From NCBI RefSeq assembly GCF_009914755.1, contig NC_060948.1: a stretch of DNA of 64,000 bases. One strand, written 5' to 3'. Below the pieces are notes generated by a model. It saw nothing but the letters and a program-made list of their open reading frames with translations. It was not told the DNA's origin and did not search any database. Positions 1 to 15,000 of the stretch are shown one piece after another (the first letter of the stretch is position 1; every line of letters begins with the position of its first letter). The DNA is from the human T2T-CHM13v2.0 reference genome, Homo sapiens. The position numbers were made by a program, and so were the translations under genes.

Positions 1-3000
1 AGAAAGGATTCGAATGGAATGAAAAAGAATTGAATGGAATAGAACAGAATGGAATCAAATCGAATGAAATGGAATGGAATAGAAAGGAATGGAATGAAAT
101 GGAATGGAAAGGATTCGAATGGAATGCAATCGAATGGAATGGAATCGAACGGAATGGAATAAAATGGAAGAAAACTGGCAAGAAATGGAATCGAAATGAA
201 TGTAGTGTTATGGAACGGACTCAAAAGGAATTGAATGTAATAGAATGGAGTGGAGTGGACTCGAATATAATGGACTGGAATGGAATGAAATCACATGGAA
301 TGGGAACGAATGGAATGGAATGGAAAGGAATGGAATCGAATGGAAAGGAATCGAATGGAAGGGAATGAAATTGAATCAACAGGAATGGAAGGGAATAGAA
401 TAGACGGTAATGGAATGGACTCGAATAGAATGGACACGAATGCTCAAATTGAATGGACTCGAATGGAATGGAAACGAAAGGAATGTCATCGAATGGAATT
501 GAATCGATTGGAATGAAATCGCATAGAATGGAGTGGAATCAAATGGAATTGAATCGAAAGGAAAGGAAGCGAATGGACTGAAATGAAATGGAATGGAATT
601 GAATGGAAAGTAATGCAATGGAATAGAATGGAACGAAATTTCACGGAATGGAATCAAACTGAATGGAATCAAACCAATGGAATCAAATCAAATGGAATGG
701 AAAGGAATTGAATGGAGTAGATTGGATTGGATGGGATTGGAATGAAATGTACTGGAAAGGACTCGAATTTCATGAAACGGAATGGAATGAATTGGAACGG
801 AACGGACTCGAATGGAATGGAATGTCGTGGAATGGCATCAAATGGAATGGCATCAAATGGAATGGAATCGAATGCAATGGAATGCTATGGAATGGAATGG
901 AATGCATTTTAATGGAATGTCCTCTAATGGAATGGATTCGAGTGGAATGGAATCGAATATAATGGAGTCGAATGAAATGGAATTGAAAGGAATGGGATCG
1001 AATAGAATGGAATATACTGGAATGTAATGTAATGAACTCGAATGTAATTGACTGGAATGGAATGTACATGAATGGAATGTAATCGAATGGAAAGTAATCC
1101 AATGGAATAGAATCTAATGCAATAAAATCGACTCAGATAGAGTAGAATGTAATGGAATGGAGTGCAGTGCAATGGAATGGAATGGTATGGAATGCAACAG
1201 AATGGAATGGAATGGAATGGAATGGAATGGAATGGAATGGTGTGGAATGGATAGTAATGGACTGGAGTGAAATGGACTGGAAAGGAATGGACTCAAATTG
1301 AATGGGCTCGAAAGGAATGGAGTCAAATGGAATGGTCTGGAATGGAATGAACACGAATGTAATGCAATCCAATAGAATGGAATCGAATGGCATGGAATAT
1401 AAAGAAATGGATTCGAAGAGAATGGAAACAAATGGAATGGAATTGAGTGGAATGGAATTGAATGGAATGGGAACCAATGGAGTGAAATTGTATGCAGTAG
1501 AAGAGAATAGAATGGAATGCAAGCGAAAGGAAAGGAATGGATTGGAATGGAATGGAATTCATTGGAATGGAAGGGAATGTAGTGTAATGGACAGGCCTCG
1601 AATAAAGTGGAATGCTACGGTCTCGAATGGAATAAAAATGTATGGAATGGAATGCAATGAAACGGAATCGAATGTCATAGAATGTAATGGAATGCAAAAA
1701 AATGGAATCCAAAATCATTGACTGGAAAGGCTGGGTGTCGAAAGGAATTGACTCCAATGGAATGGAATCGAATGGAATGGAAGTGAATAGAATCGAACTA
1801 AATCGAATGGAATGGAATTGATAGCAACGGAATGGAAAGGAATGCAATGATTTGGCATGGAATGGAATCGAATGGCATCGAATGGAATGGAATGGAATGC
1901 AATGGAATGGAATGTATTAGAATGTAATGAACTTTAATGGAATGTACTCGAATGGATTCGACTGGAATGGAATGTTCTGGAAGTGAATGGACTCCAATGG
2001 AATGGATTCAAAAGGAATGGAATCGTACGGAATGGAATCTAATGGAATGGAATTAAATGGAAATGAATCAAATTGAACAGCACGGAATTGAATTGAATGG
2101 AATGGAATGCAATGGAATCTAATGAAACGGAAAGGAAAGGAATGGAATGGAATGGAATGGGCTGGAATGGAAAGGAATCGAAACGAATGGAATGGAATCG
2201 AACTGAAGAGACTGGAATGGAATGCACTGGAATGGAAGGGAGTGTAATGGAAGGTTCTCGAAAAAAATGGAATGGAATGGAATGGAATTGAATGGAACGG
2301 AATAGAGTCGAATGGAATTGAATGGAATGGAATGGACTAGAGTGAAATGGAATCGAACCACAAGGAATGGACAGGAATAGAATGGTCTCGAATTGAATGG
2401 AATCGTATGGAATGGCATCAAACGGAATGGAATGGACAGCCACGGAATAGAATGCACTCGAATGCAATGGAGTCGAAACTAATGGACTGGAATAGAATGG
2501 ACTCGACTGGTACGGACTCCAATGGAATGGAATCGAATGGAAGGGAATCGAACGGAATGGACTCGAAGGGACAAGACTGCAATGGAAAGGTCTCGAATGG
2601 AATGGAAATTAATGGAATGGAATGGAATCGAATGAAATGGAGTCAAAAGGAATGGAATCGAATGGCAAGAAATCGAATGTAATGGAATCGCAAGGAATTG
2701 ATGTGAACGGAACGGAATGGAATGGAATCCAAAGGAATGGAATAGAATGGAATGGAATCGAATGGAAAGGTCTCGAATGGAAATCACTCGAATAGAATGC
2801 AATTTAATAAAATAGGATCAAATGTAATGGAATGGAATGGAAAGGAATCGAAACGAAAGGAATGGAGACAGATGGAATGGAATGGAACAGAGAGCAATGG
2901 TATAGAATGGAATGGAATCATCTGGAATGGAATTGAATGGAATGGAATAATATGAAATGGAATGGAATGGAATGGAATGGAATGCCCTTGAATTAAATGG

Positions 3001-6000
3001 ACTGGAATGGAATGGACTCGAACAGAGTGGAATGGAAAGTGTTGAGATAGAATGGAATGGACTCCTTTGGAATGGTCTAGTATGCAATGCAATCGACTGG
3101 TAGGGAATCAAAAGGAATGTAATCGAATGGATTGGACTGGAATGCAATGGACTCGAATAGATTGGAAACGGAATGCAAAGGAATGGAATGGAATAGTATG
3201 GAATGGAATGGAAAGGAATGGAGTGGAATAGACTAGAGTGGAATGGAATGGACTGGAAAGCAATGGACTGGAATGGAACTTTCTTGAATGGACTGGAATC
3301 AAACGGAATGGAATGCAATGCAATCAAATGGCATGGAATAAAATAGAATGAAAGAGAATCAAATGGAATTGAATCGAATGGAATCGAATGGATTGGAAAG
3401 GAATAGAATGGAATGGAATGGAATTGACTCAAATGGAATGGACTAGAATGGAATGGATTCGAATGGAAGGCAAAGGAATGGAATCTATTGGAATGGACTG
3501 TAATGGAATGGAATGGAAGGGATTGGAATGGACTCGAATGGAATGGACTGCAATAGAAAGGATTCGAATGGAATGAAAAAGAATTGAATGGAATAGAACA
3601 GAATGGAATCAAATCGAATGAAATGGAATGGAATAGAAAGGAATGGAATGAAATGGAATGGAAAGGATTCGAATGGAATGCAATCGAATGGAATGGAATC
3701 GAACGGAATGGAATAAAATGGAAGAAAACTGGCAAGAAATGGAATCGAAATGAATGGAGTGTTATGGAACGGACTCAAAAGGAATTGAATGTAATAGAAT
3801 GGAGTGGAGTGGACTCGAATATAATGGACTGGAATGGAATGAAATCACATGGAATGGGAACGAATGGAATGGAATGGAAAGGAATGGAATCGAATGGAAA
3901 GGAATCGAATGGAAGGGAATGAAATTGAATCAACAGGAATGGAAGGGAATAGAATAGACGGTAATGGAATGGACTCGAATAGAATGGACACGAATGCTCA
4001 AATTGAATGGACTCGAATGGAATGGAAACGAAAGGAATGTCATCGAATGGAATTGAATCGATTGGAATGAAATCGCATAGAATGGAGTGGAATCAAATGG
4101 AATTGAATCGAAAGGAAAGGAAGCGAATGGACTGAAATGAAATGGAATGGAATTGAATGGAAAGTAATGCAATGGAATAGAATGGAACGAAATTTCACGG
4201 AATGGAATCAAACTGAATGGAATCAAATCAATGGAATCTAATCAAATGGAATGGAAAGGAATTGAATGGAGTAGATTGGATTGGATGGGATTGGAATGAA
4301 ATGTACTGGAAAGGACTCGAATTTCATGAAACGGAATGGAATGAATTGGAACGGAATGGACTCGAATGGAATGGAATGTCATGGAATGGCATCAAATGGA
4401 ATGGCATCAAATGGAATGGAATCGAATGCAATGGAATGCTATGGAATGGAATGGAATGCATTGGAATGGAATGTCCTCTAATGGAATGGATTCGAGTGGA
4501 ATGGAATCGAATATAATGGAGTCGAATGAAATGGAATTGAAAAGAATGGGATCGAATACAATGGAATATACTGGAATGTAACGTAATGAACTCGAATGTA
4601 ATTGACTGGAATGGAATGTACATGAATGGAATGTAATCGAATGGAAAGTAATCCAATGGAATAGAAACTAATGCAATAAAATCGACTCAAATAGAGTAGA
4701 ATGTAATGGAATGGAGTGCAGTGCAATGGAATGGAATGGAATGGAATGCAATGGAATGGAATGGAATGGAATGGAATGGGATGGAATGGTGTGGAATGGA
4801 TAGTAATGGACTGGTGTGAAATGGACTGGAAAGGAATGGACTCAAATTGAAAGGGCTCGAAAGGAATGGAGTCAAATGGAATGGTCTGGAATGGAATGAA
4901 CACGAATGTAATGCAATCCAATAGAATGGAATCGAATGGCATGGAATATAAAGAAATGGAATCGAAGAGAATGGAAACAAATGGAATGGAATTGAATGGA
5001 ATGGAATTGAATGGAATGGGAAGGAATGGAGTGAAATTGTATGCAGTAGAAGAGAATAGAATGGAATGCAAGTGAAAGGAAAGGAATGGATTGGAATGGA
5101 ATGGAATTCATTGGAATGGAAGGGAATGTAGTGTAATGGACAGGCCTGGAATAAAGTGGAATGCTACGGTCTCGAATGGAATAAAAATGTATGGAATGGA
5201 ATGCAATGAAACGGAATCGAATGTCATAGAATGTAATGGAATGCAAAAAAATGGAATCCAAAATCATTGACTGGAAAGGCTGGGTGTCGAAAGGAATTGA
5301 CTCCAATGGAATGGAATCGAATGGAATGGAAGTGAATAGAATCGAACTAAATCGAATGGAATGGAATTGATAGGAACGGAATGGAAAGGAATGCAATGAT
5401 TTGGCATGGAATGGAATCGAATGGCATCGAATGGAATGGAATGGAATGCAATGGAATGGAATGTATTAGAATGTAATGAACTTTAATGGAATGTACTCGA
5501 ATGGATTCGACTGGAATGGAATGTTCTGGAAGTGAATGGACTCCAATGGAATGGATTCAAAAGGAATGGAATCGTACGGAATGGAATCTAATGGAATGCA
5601 ATTAAATGGAAATGAATCAAATTGAATAGCACGGAATTGAATTGAATGGAATGGAATGCAATGGAATCTAATGAAACGGAAAGGAAAGGAATGGAATGGA
5701 ATGGAATGGGCTGGAATGGAAAGGAATCGAAACGAATGGAATGGAATCGAACTGAAGAGACTGGAATGGAATGCACTGGAATGGAAGGGAGTGTAATGGA
5801 AGGTTCTCGAAAAAAATGGAATCGAATGGAATGGAATTGAATGGAACGGAATAGAGTCGAATGGAATGGACTAGAGTGAAATGGAATCGAACCACAAGGA
5901 ATGGACAGGAATAGAATGGTCTCGAATTGAATGGAATCGTATGGAATGGCATCAAACGGAATGGAATGGACAGCCACGGAATGGAATGCACTCGAATGCA

Positions 6001-9000
6001 ATGGAGTCGAAACTAATGGACTGGAATAGAATGGACTCGACTGGTACGGACTCCAATGGAATGGAATTGAATGGAAGGGAATCGAACGGAATGGACTCGA
6101 AGGGAAAAGACTGCAATGGAATGGTCTCGAATGGAATGGAAATTAATGGAATGGAATGGAATCGAATGAAATGGAGTCAAAAGGAATGGAATCGAATGGC
6201 AAGAAATCGAATGTAATGGAATCGCAAGGAATTGATGTGAACGGAACGGAATGGAATGGAATCCAAAGGAATGGAATAGAATGGAATGGAATCGAATGGA
6301 AAGGACTCGAATGGAAATCACTCGAATAGAATGCAATTTAATAAAATAGGATCAAATGTAATGGAATGGAATGGAAAGGAATCGAAACGAAAGGAATGGA
6401 GACAGATGGAATGGAATGGAACAGAGAGCAATGGTATAGAATGGAATGGAATCATCTGGAATGGAATTGAATGGAATGGAATAATATGAAATGGAATGGA
6501 ATGGAATGGAATGGAATGCCCTTGAATTAAATGGACTGGAATGGAATGGACTCGAACAGAGTGGAATGGAAAGTGTTGAGATAGAATGGAATGGACTCCT
6601 TTGGAATGGTGTAGTATGCAATGCAATCGACTGGCAGGGAATCAAAAGGAATGTAATCGAATGGATTGGACTGGAATGCAATGGACTCGAATAGATTGGA
6701 AACGGAATGCAAAGGAATGGAATGGATTAGTATGGAATGGAATGGAAAGGAATGGAGTGGAATAGACTAGAGTGGAATGGAATGGACTGGAAAGCAATGG
6801 ACTGGAATGGAACTTTCTTGAATGGACTGGAATCAAACGGAATGGAATGCAATGCAATCAAATGGCATGGAATAAAATAGAATGAAAGAGAATCAAATGG
6901 AATTGAATCGAATGGAATCGAATGGATTGGAAAGGAATAGAATGGAATGGAATGGAATTGACTCAAATGGAATGGACTAGAATGGAATGGATTCGAATGG
7001 AAGGCAAAGGAATGGAATCTATTGGAATGGACTGTAATGGAATGGAATGGAAGGGATTGGAATGGACTCGAATGGAATGGACTGCAATAGAAAGGATTCG
7101 AATGGAATGAAAAAGAATTGAATGGAATAGAACAGAATGGAATCAAATCGAATGAAATGGAATGGAATAGAAAGGAATGGAATGAAATGGAATGGAAAGG
7201 ATTCGAATGGAATGCAATCGAATGGAATGGAATCGAACGGAATGGAATAAAATGGAAGAAAACTGGCAAGAAATGGAATCGAAATGAATGGAGTGTTATG
7301 GAACGGACTCAAAAGGAATTGAATGTAATAGAATGGAGTGGAGTGGACTCGAATATAATGGACTGGAATGGAATGAAATCACATGGAATGGGAACGAATG
7401 GAATGGAATGGAAAGGAATGGAATCGAATGGAAAGGAATCGAATGGAAGGGAATGAAATTGAATCAACAGGAATGGAAGGGAATAGAATAGACGGTAATG
7501 GAATGGACTCGAATAGAATGGACACGAATGCTCAAATTGAATGGACTCGAATGGAATGGAAACGAAAGGAATGTCATCGAATGGAATTGAATCGATTGGA
7601 ATGAAATCGCATAGAATGGAGTGGAATCAAATGGAATTGAATCGAAAGGAAAGGAAGCGAATGGACTGAAATGAAATGGAATGGAATTGAATGGAAAGTA
7701 ATGCAATGGAATAGAATGGAACGAAATTTCACGGAATGGAATCAAACTGAATGGAATCAAATCAATGGAATCTAATCAAATGGAATGGAAAGGAATTGAA
7801 TGGAGTAGATTGGATTGGATGGGATTGGAATGAAATGTACTGGAAAGGACTCGAATTTCATGAAACGGAATGGAATGAATTGGAACGGAATGGACTCGAA
7901 TGGAATGGAATGTCATGGAATGGCATCAAATGGAATGGCATCAAATGGAATGGAATCGAATGCAATGGAATGCTATGGAATGGAATGGAATGCATTGGAA
8001 TGGAATGTCCTCTAATGGAATGGATTCGAGTGGAATGGAATCGAATATAATGGAGTCGAATGAAATGGAATTGAAAAGAATGGGATCGAATACAATGGAA
8101 TATACTGGAATGTAATGTAATGAACTCGAATGTAATTGACTGGAATGGAATGTACATGAATGGAATGTAATCGAATGGAAAGTAATCCAATGGAATAGAA
8201 ACTAATGCAATAAAATCGACTCAAATAGAGTAGAATGTAATGGAATGGAGTGCAGTGCAATGGAATGGAATGGAATGGAATGCAATGGAATGGAATGGAA
8301 TGGAATGGAATGGGATGGAATGGTGTGGAATGGATAGTAATGGACTGGTGTGAAATGGACTGGAAAGGAATGGACTCAAATTGAAAGGGCTCGAAAGGAA
8401 TGGAGTCAAATGGAATGGTCTGGAATGGAATGAACACGAATGTAATGCAATCCAATAGAATGGAATCGAATGGCATGGAATATAAAGAAATGGAATCGAA
8501 GAGAATGGAAACAAATGGAATGGAATTGAATGGAATGGAATTGAATGGAATGGGAAGGAATGGAGTGAAATTGTAAGCAGTAGAAGAGAATAGAATGGAA
8601 TGCAAGTGAAAGGAAAGGAATGGATTGGAATGGAATGGAATTCATTGGAATGGAAGGGAATGTAGTGTAATGGACAGGCCTGGAATAAAGTGGAATGCTA
8701 CGGTCTCGAATGGAATAAAAATGTATGGAATGGAATGCAATGAAACGGAATCGAATGTCATAGAATGTAATGGAATGCAAAAAAATGGAATCCAAAATCA
8801 TTGACTGGAAAGGCTGGGTGTCGAAAGGAATTGACTCCAATGGAATGGAATCGAATGGAATGGAAGTGAATAGAATCGAACTAAATCGAATGGAATGGAA
8901 TTGATAGGAACGGAATGGAAAGGAATGCAATGATTTGGCATGGAATGGAATCGAATGGCATCGAATGGAATGGAATGGAATGCAATGGAATGGAATGTAT

Positions 9001-12000
9001 TAGAATGTAATGAACTTTAATGGAATGTACTCGAATGGATTCGACTGGAATGGAATGTTCTGGAAGTGAATGGACTCCAATGGAATGGATTCAAAAGGAA
9101 TGGAATCGTACGGAATGGAATCTAATGGAATGCAATTAAATGGAAATGAATCAAATTGAATAGCACGGAATTGAATTGAATGGAATGGAATGCAATGGAA
9201 TCTAATGAAACGGAAAGGAAAGGAATGGAATGGAATGGAATGGGCTGGAATGGAAAGGAATCGAAACGAATGGAATGGAATCGAACTGAAGAGACTGGAA
9301 TGGAATGCACTGGAATGGAAGGGAGTGTAATGGAAGGTTCTCGAAAAAAATGGAATCGAATGGAATGGAATTGAATGGAACGGAATAGAGTCGAATGGAA
9401 TTGAATGGAATGGAATGGACTAGAGTGAAATGGAATCGAACCACAAGGAATGGACAGGAATAGAATGGTCTCGAATTGAATGGAATCGTATGGAATGGCA
9501 TCAAACGGAATGGAATGGACAGCCACGGAATGGAATGCACTCGAATGCAATGGAGTCGAAACTAATGGACTGGAATAGAATGGACTCGACTGGTACGGAC
9601 TCCAATGGAATGGAATTGAATGGAAGGGAATCGAACGGAATGGACTCGAAGGGAAAAGACTGCAATGGAATGGTCTCGAATGGAATGGAAATTAATGGAA
9701 TGGAATGGAATCGAATGAAATGGAGTCAAAAGGAATGGAATCGAATGGCAAGAAATCGAATGTAATGGAATCGCAAGGAATTGATGTGAACGGAACGGAA
9801 TGGAATGGAATCCAAAGGAATGGAATAGAATGGAATGGAATCGAATGGAAAGGACTCGAATGGAAATCACTCGAATAGAATGCAATTTAATAAAATAGGA
9901 TCAAATGTAATGGAATGGAATGGAAAGGAATCGAAACGAAAGGAATGGAGACAGATGGAATGGAATGGAACAGAGAGCAATGGTATAGAATGGAATGGAA
10001 TCATCTGGAATGGAATTGAATGGAATGGAATAATATGAAATGGAATGGAATGGAATGGAATGGAATGCCCTTGAATTAAATGGACTGGAATGGAATGGAC
10101 TCGAACAGAGTGGAATGGAAAGTGTTGAGATAGAATGGAATGGACTCCTTTGGAATGGTGTAGTATGCAATGCAATCGACTGGCAGGGAATCAAAAGGAA
10201 TGTAATCGAATGGATTGGACTGGAATGCAATGGACTCGAATAGATTGGAAACGGAATGCAAAGGAATGGAATGGATTAGTATGGAATGGAATGGAAAGGA
10301 ATGGAGTGGAATAGACTAGAGTGGAATGGAATGGACTGGAAAGCAATGGACTGGAATGGAACTTTCTTGAATGGACTGGAATCAAACGGAATGGAATGCA
10401 ATGCAATCAAATGGCATGGAATAAAATAGAATGAAAGAGAATCAAATGGAATTGAATCGAATGGAATCGAATGGATTGGAAAGGAATAGAATGGAATGGA
10501 ATGGAATTGACTCAAATGGAATGGACTAGAATGGAATGGATTCGAATGGAAGGCAAAGGAATGGAATCTATTGGAATGGACTGTAATGGAATGGAATGGA
10601 AGGGATTGGAATGGACTCGAATGGAATGGACTGCAATAGAAAGGATTCGAATGGAATGAAAAAGAATTGAATGGAATAGAACAGAATGGAATCAAATCGA
10701 ATGAAATGGAATGGAATAGAAAGGAATGGAATGAAATGGAATGGAAAGGATTCGAATGGAATGCAATCGAATGGAATGGAATCGAACGGAATGGAATAAA
10801 ATGGAAGAAAACTGGCAAGAAATGGAATCGAAATGAATGTAGTGTTATGGAACGGACTCAAAAGGAATTGAATGTAATAGAATGGAGTGGAGTGGACTCG
10901 AATATAATGGACTGGAATGGAATGAAATCACATGGAATGGGAACGAATGGAATGGAATGGAAAGGAATGGAATCGAATGGAAAGGAATCGAATGGAAGGG
11001 AATGAAATTGAATCAACAGGAATGGAAGGGAATAGAATAGACGGTAATGGAATGGACTCGAATTGAATGGACACGAATGCTCAAATTGAATGGACTCGAA
11101 TGGAATGGAAACGAAAGGAATGTCATCGAATGGAATTGAATCGATTGGAATGAAATCGCATAGAATGGAGTGGAATCAAATGGAATTGAATCGAAAGGAA
11201 AGGAAGCGAATGGACTGAAATGAAATGGAATGGAATTGAATGGAAAGTAATGCAATGGAATAGAATGGAACGAAATTTCACGGAATGGAATCAAACTGAA
11301 TGGAATCAAATCAATGGAATCTAATCAAATGGAATGGAAAGGAATTGAATGGAGTAGATTGGATTGGATGGGATTGGAATGAAATGTACTGGAAAGGACT
11401 CGAATTTCATGAAACGGAATGGAATGAATTGGAACGGAATGGACTCGAATGGAATGGAATGTCATGGAATGGCATCAAATGGAATGGCATCAAATGGAAT
11501 GGAATCGAATGCAATGGAATGCTATGGAATGGAATGGAATGCATTGGAATGGAATGTCCTCTAATGGAATGGATTCGAGTGGAATGGAATCGAATATAAT
11601 GGAGTCGAATGAAATGGAATTGAAAGGAATGGGATCGAATAGAATGGAATATACTGAAATGTAATGTAATGAACTCGAATGTAATTGACTGGAATGGAAT
11701 GTACATGAATGGAATGTAAACGAATGGAAAGTAATCCAATGGAATAGAATCTAATGCAATAAAACCGACTCAGATAGAGTAGAATGTAATGGAATGGAGT
11801 GCAGTGCAATGGAATGGAATGGAATTGAATGCAATGGAATGGAATGGAATGGAATGGAATGGAATGGAATGGAATGGAATGGGATGGAATGGTATGGAAT
11901 GGATAGTAATGGACTGGAGTGAAATGGACTGGAAAGGAATGGACTCAAATTGAAAGGGCTCGAAAGGAATGGAGTCAAATGGAATGGTCTGGAATGGAAT

Positions 12001-15000
12001 GAACACGAATGTAATGCAATCCAATAAAATGGAAACGAATGGCATGGAATATAAAGAAATGGAATCGAAGAGAATGGAAACAAATGGAATGGAATTGAAT
12101 GGAATGGAATTGAACGGAATGGGAACGAATGGAGTGAAATTGTATGCAGTAGAAGGGAATAGAATGGAATGCAAGCGAAAGGAAAGGAATGGATTGGAAT
12201 GGAATGGAATTCATTGGAATGGAAGGGAATGTAGTGTAATGGACAGGCCTGGAATAAAGTGGAATGCTACGGTCTCGAATGGAATAAAAATGTATGGAAT
12301 GGAATGCAATGAAACGGAATCGAATGTCATAGAATGTAATGGAATGCAACAAAATGGAATCCAAAATCATTGACTGGAAAGGCTGGGTGTCGAAAGGAAT
12401 TGACTCCAATGGAATGGAATCGAATGGAATGGAAGTGAATAGAATCGAACTAAATCGAATGGAATGGAATTGATAGGAACGGAATGGAAAGGAATGCAAT
12501 GATTTGGCATGGAATGGAATCGAATGGCATCGAATGGAATGGAATGGAATGCAATGGAATGGAATGTATTAGAATGTAATGAACTTTGATGGAATGTACT
12601 CGAATGGATTCGACTGGAATGGAATGTTCTGGAAGTGAATGGACTCCAATGGAATGGATTCAAAAGGAATGGAATCGTACGGAATGGAATCTAATGGAAT
12701 GGAATTAAATGGAAATGAATCAAATTGAATAGCACGGAATTGAATTGAATGGAATCGAATGCAATGGAATCTAATGAAACGGAAAGGAAAGGAATGCAAT
12801 GGAATGGAATGGGCTGGAATGGAAAGGAATCGAAACGAATGGAATGGAATCGAACTGAAGAGACTGGAATGGAATGCACTGGAATGGAAGGGAGTGTAAT
12901 GGAAGGTTCTCGAAAAAAATGGAATCGAATGGAATGGAATTGAATGGAACGGAATAGAGTCGAATGGAATTGAATGGAATGGAATGGACTAGAGTGAAAT
13001 GGAATCGAACCACAAGGAATGGACAGGAATAGAATGGTCTCGAATTGAATGGAATCGTATGGAATGGCATCAAACGGAATGGAATGGACAGCCACGGAAT
13101 GGAATGCACTCGAATGCAATGGAGTCGAAACTAATGGACTGGAATAGAATGGACTCGACTGGTACGGACTCCAATGGAATGGAATCGAATGGAAGGGAAT
13201 CGAACGGAATGGACTCGAAGGGAAAAGACTGCAATGGAAAGGTCTCGAATGGAATGGAAATTAATGGAATGGAATGGAATCGAATGAAATGGAGTCAAAA
13301 GGAATGGAATCGAATGGCAAGAAATCGAATGTAATGGAATCGCAAGGAATTGATGTGAACGGAACGGAATGGAATGGAATCCAAAGGAATGGAATAGAAT
13401 GGAATGGAATCGAATGGAAAGGACTCGAATGGAAATCACTCGAATAGAATGCAATTTAATAAAATAGGATCAAATGTAATGGAATGGAATGGAAAGGAAT
13501 CGAAACGAAAGGAATGGAGACAGATTTAATGGAATAGAACAGAGAGCAATGGTATAGAATGGAATGGAATCATCTGGAATGGAATTGAATGGAATGGAAT
13601 AATATGAAATGGAATGGAATGGAATGGAATGGAATGCCCTTGAATTAAATGGACTGGAATGGAATGGACTCGAACAGAGTGGAATGGAAAGTGTTGAGAT
13701 AGAATGGAATGGACTCGTTTGGAATGGTCTAGTATGCAATGCAATCGACTGGCAGGGAATCAAAAGGAATGTAATCGAATGGATTGGACTGGAATGCAAT
13801 GGACTCGAATAGATTGGAAACGGAATGCAAAGGAATGGAATGGAATAGTATGGAATGGAATGGAAAGGAATGGAGTGGAATAGACTAGAGTGGAATGGAA
13901 TGGATTGGAAAGCAATGGACTGGAATGGAACTTTCTTGAATGGACTGGAATCAAACGGAATGGAATGCAATGCAATCAAATGGCATGGAATAAAATAGAA
14001 TGAAAGAGAATCAAATGGAATTGAATCGAATGGAATCGAATGGATTGGAAAGGAATAGAATGGAATGGAATGGAATGGACTAGAATGGAATGGATTCGAA
14101 TGGAAGGCAAAGGAATGGAATCTATTGGAATGGACTGTAATGGAATGGAATGGAAGGGATTGGAATGGACTCGAATGGAATGGACTGCAATAGAAAGGAT
14201 TCGAATGGAATGAAAAAGAATTGAATGGAATAGAACAGAATGGAATCAAATCGAATGAAATGGAATGGAATAGAAAGGAATGAATGAAATGGAATGGAAA
14301 GGATTCGAATGGAATGCAATCGAATGGAATGGAATCGAACGGAATGGAATAAAATGGAAGAAAACTGGCAAGAAATGGAATCGAAATGAATGGAGTGTTA
14401 TGGAACGGACTCAAAAGGAATTGAATGTAATAGAATGGAGTGGAGTGGACTCGAATATAATGGACTGGAATGGAATGAAATCACATGGAATGGGAACGAA
14501 TAGAATGGAATGGAAAGGAATGGAATCGAATGGAAAGGAATCGAATGGAAGGGAATGAAATTGAATCAACAGGAATGGAAGGGAATAGAATAGACGGTAA
14601 TGGAATGGACTCGAATAGAATGGACACGAATGCTCAAATTGAATGGACTCGAATGGAATGGAAACGAAAGGAATGTCATCGAATGGAATTGAATCGATTG
14701 GAATGAAATCGCATAGAATGGAGTGGAATCAAATGGAATTGAATCGAAAGGAAAGGAAGCGAATGGACTGAAATGAAATGGAATGGAATTGAATGGAAAG
14801 TAATGCAATGGAATAGAATGGAACGAAATTTCACGGAATGGAATCAAACTGAATGGAATCAAATCAATGGAATCCAATCAAATGGAATGGAGTAGATTGG
14901 ATTGGATGGGATTGGAATGAAATGTACTGGAAAGGACTCGAATTTCATGAAACGGAATGGAATGAATTGGAACGGAATGGACTCGAATGGAATGGAATGT

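Noticed and set aside
201-11650. Possible older trimer periodicity between monomers 1 and 4 (shared TGTAGTGTTA and TCGAATAGAATGGAATATA)
   Set aside because: Only two shared variants, many differences, and no upstream sequence to test it; conversion or ancestral states explain it equally well.
14870-14880. DUX4-like motif GAATCCAATCA (and GAATCTAATCA in other monomers)
   Set aside because: Mismatches the TAAT core of the TAAYYYAATCA consensus, and near-matches are expected by chance in GGAAT-derived sequence.
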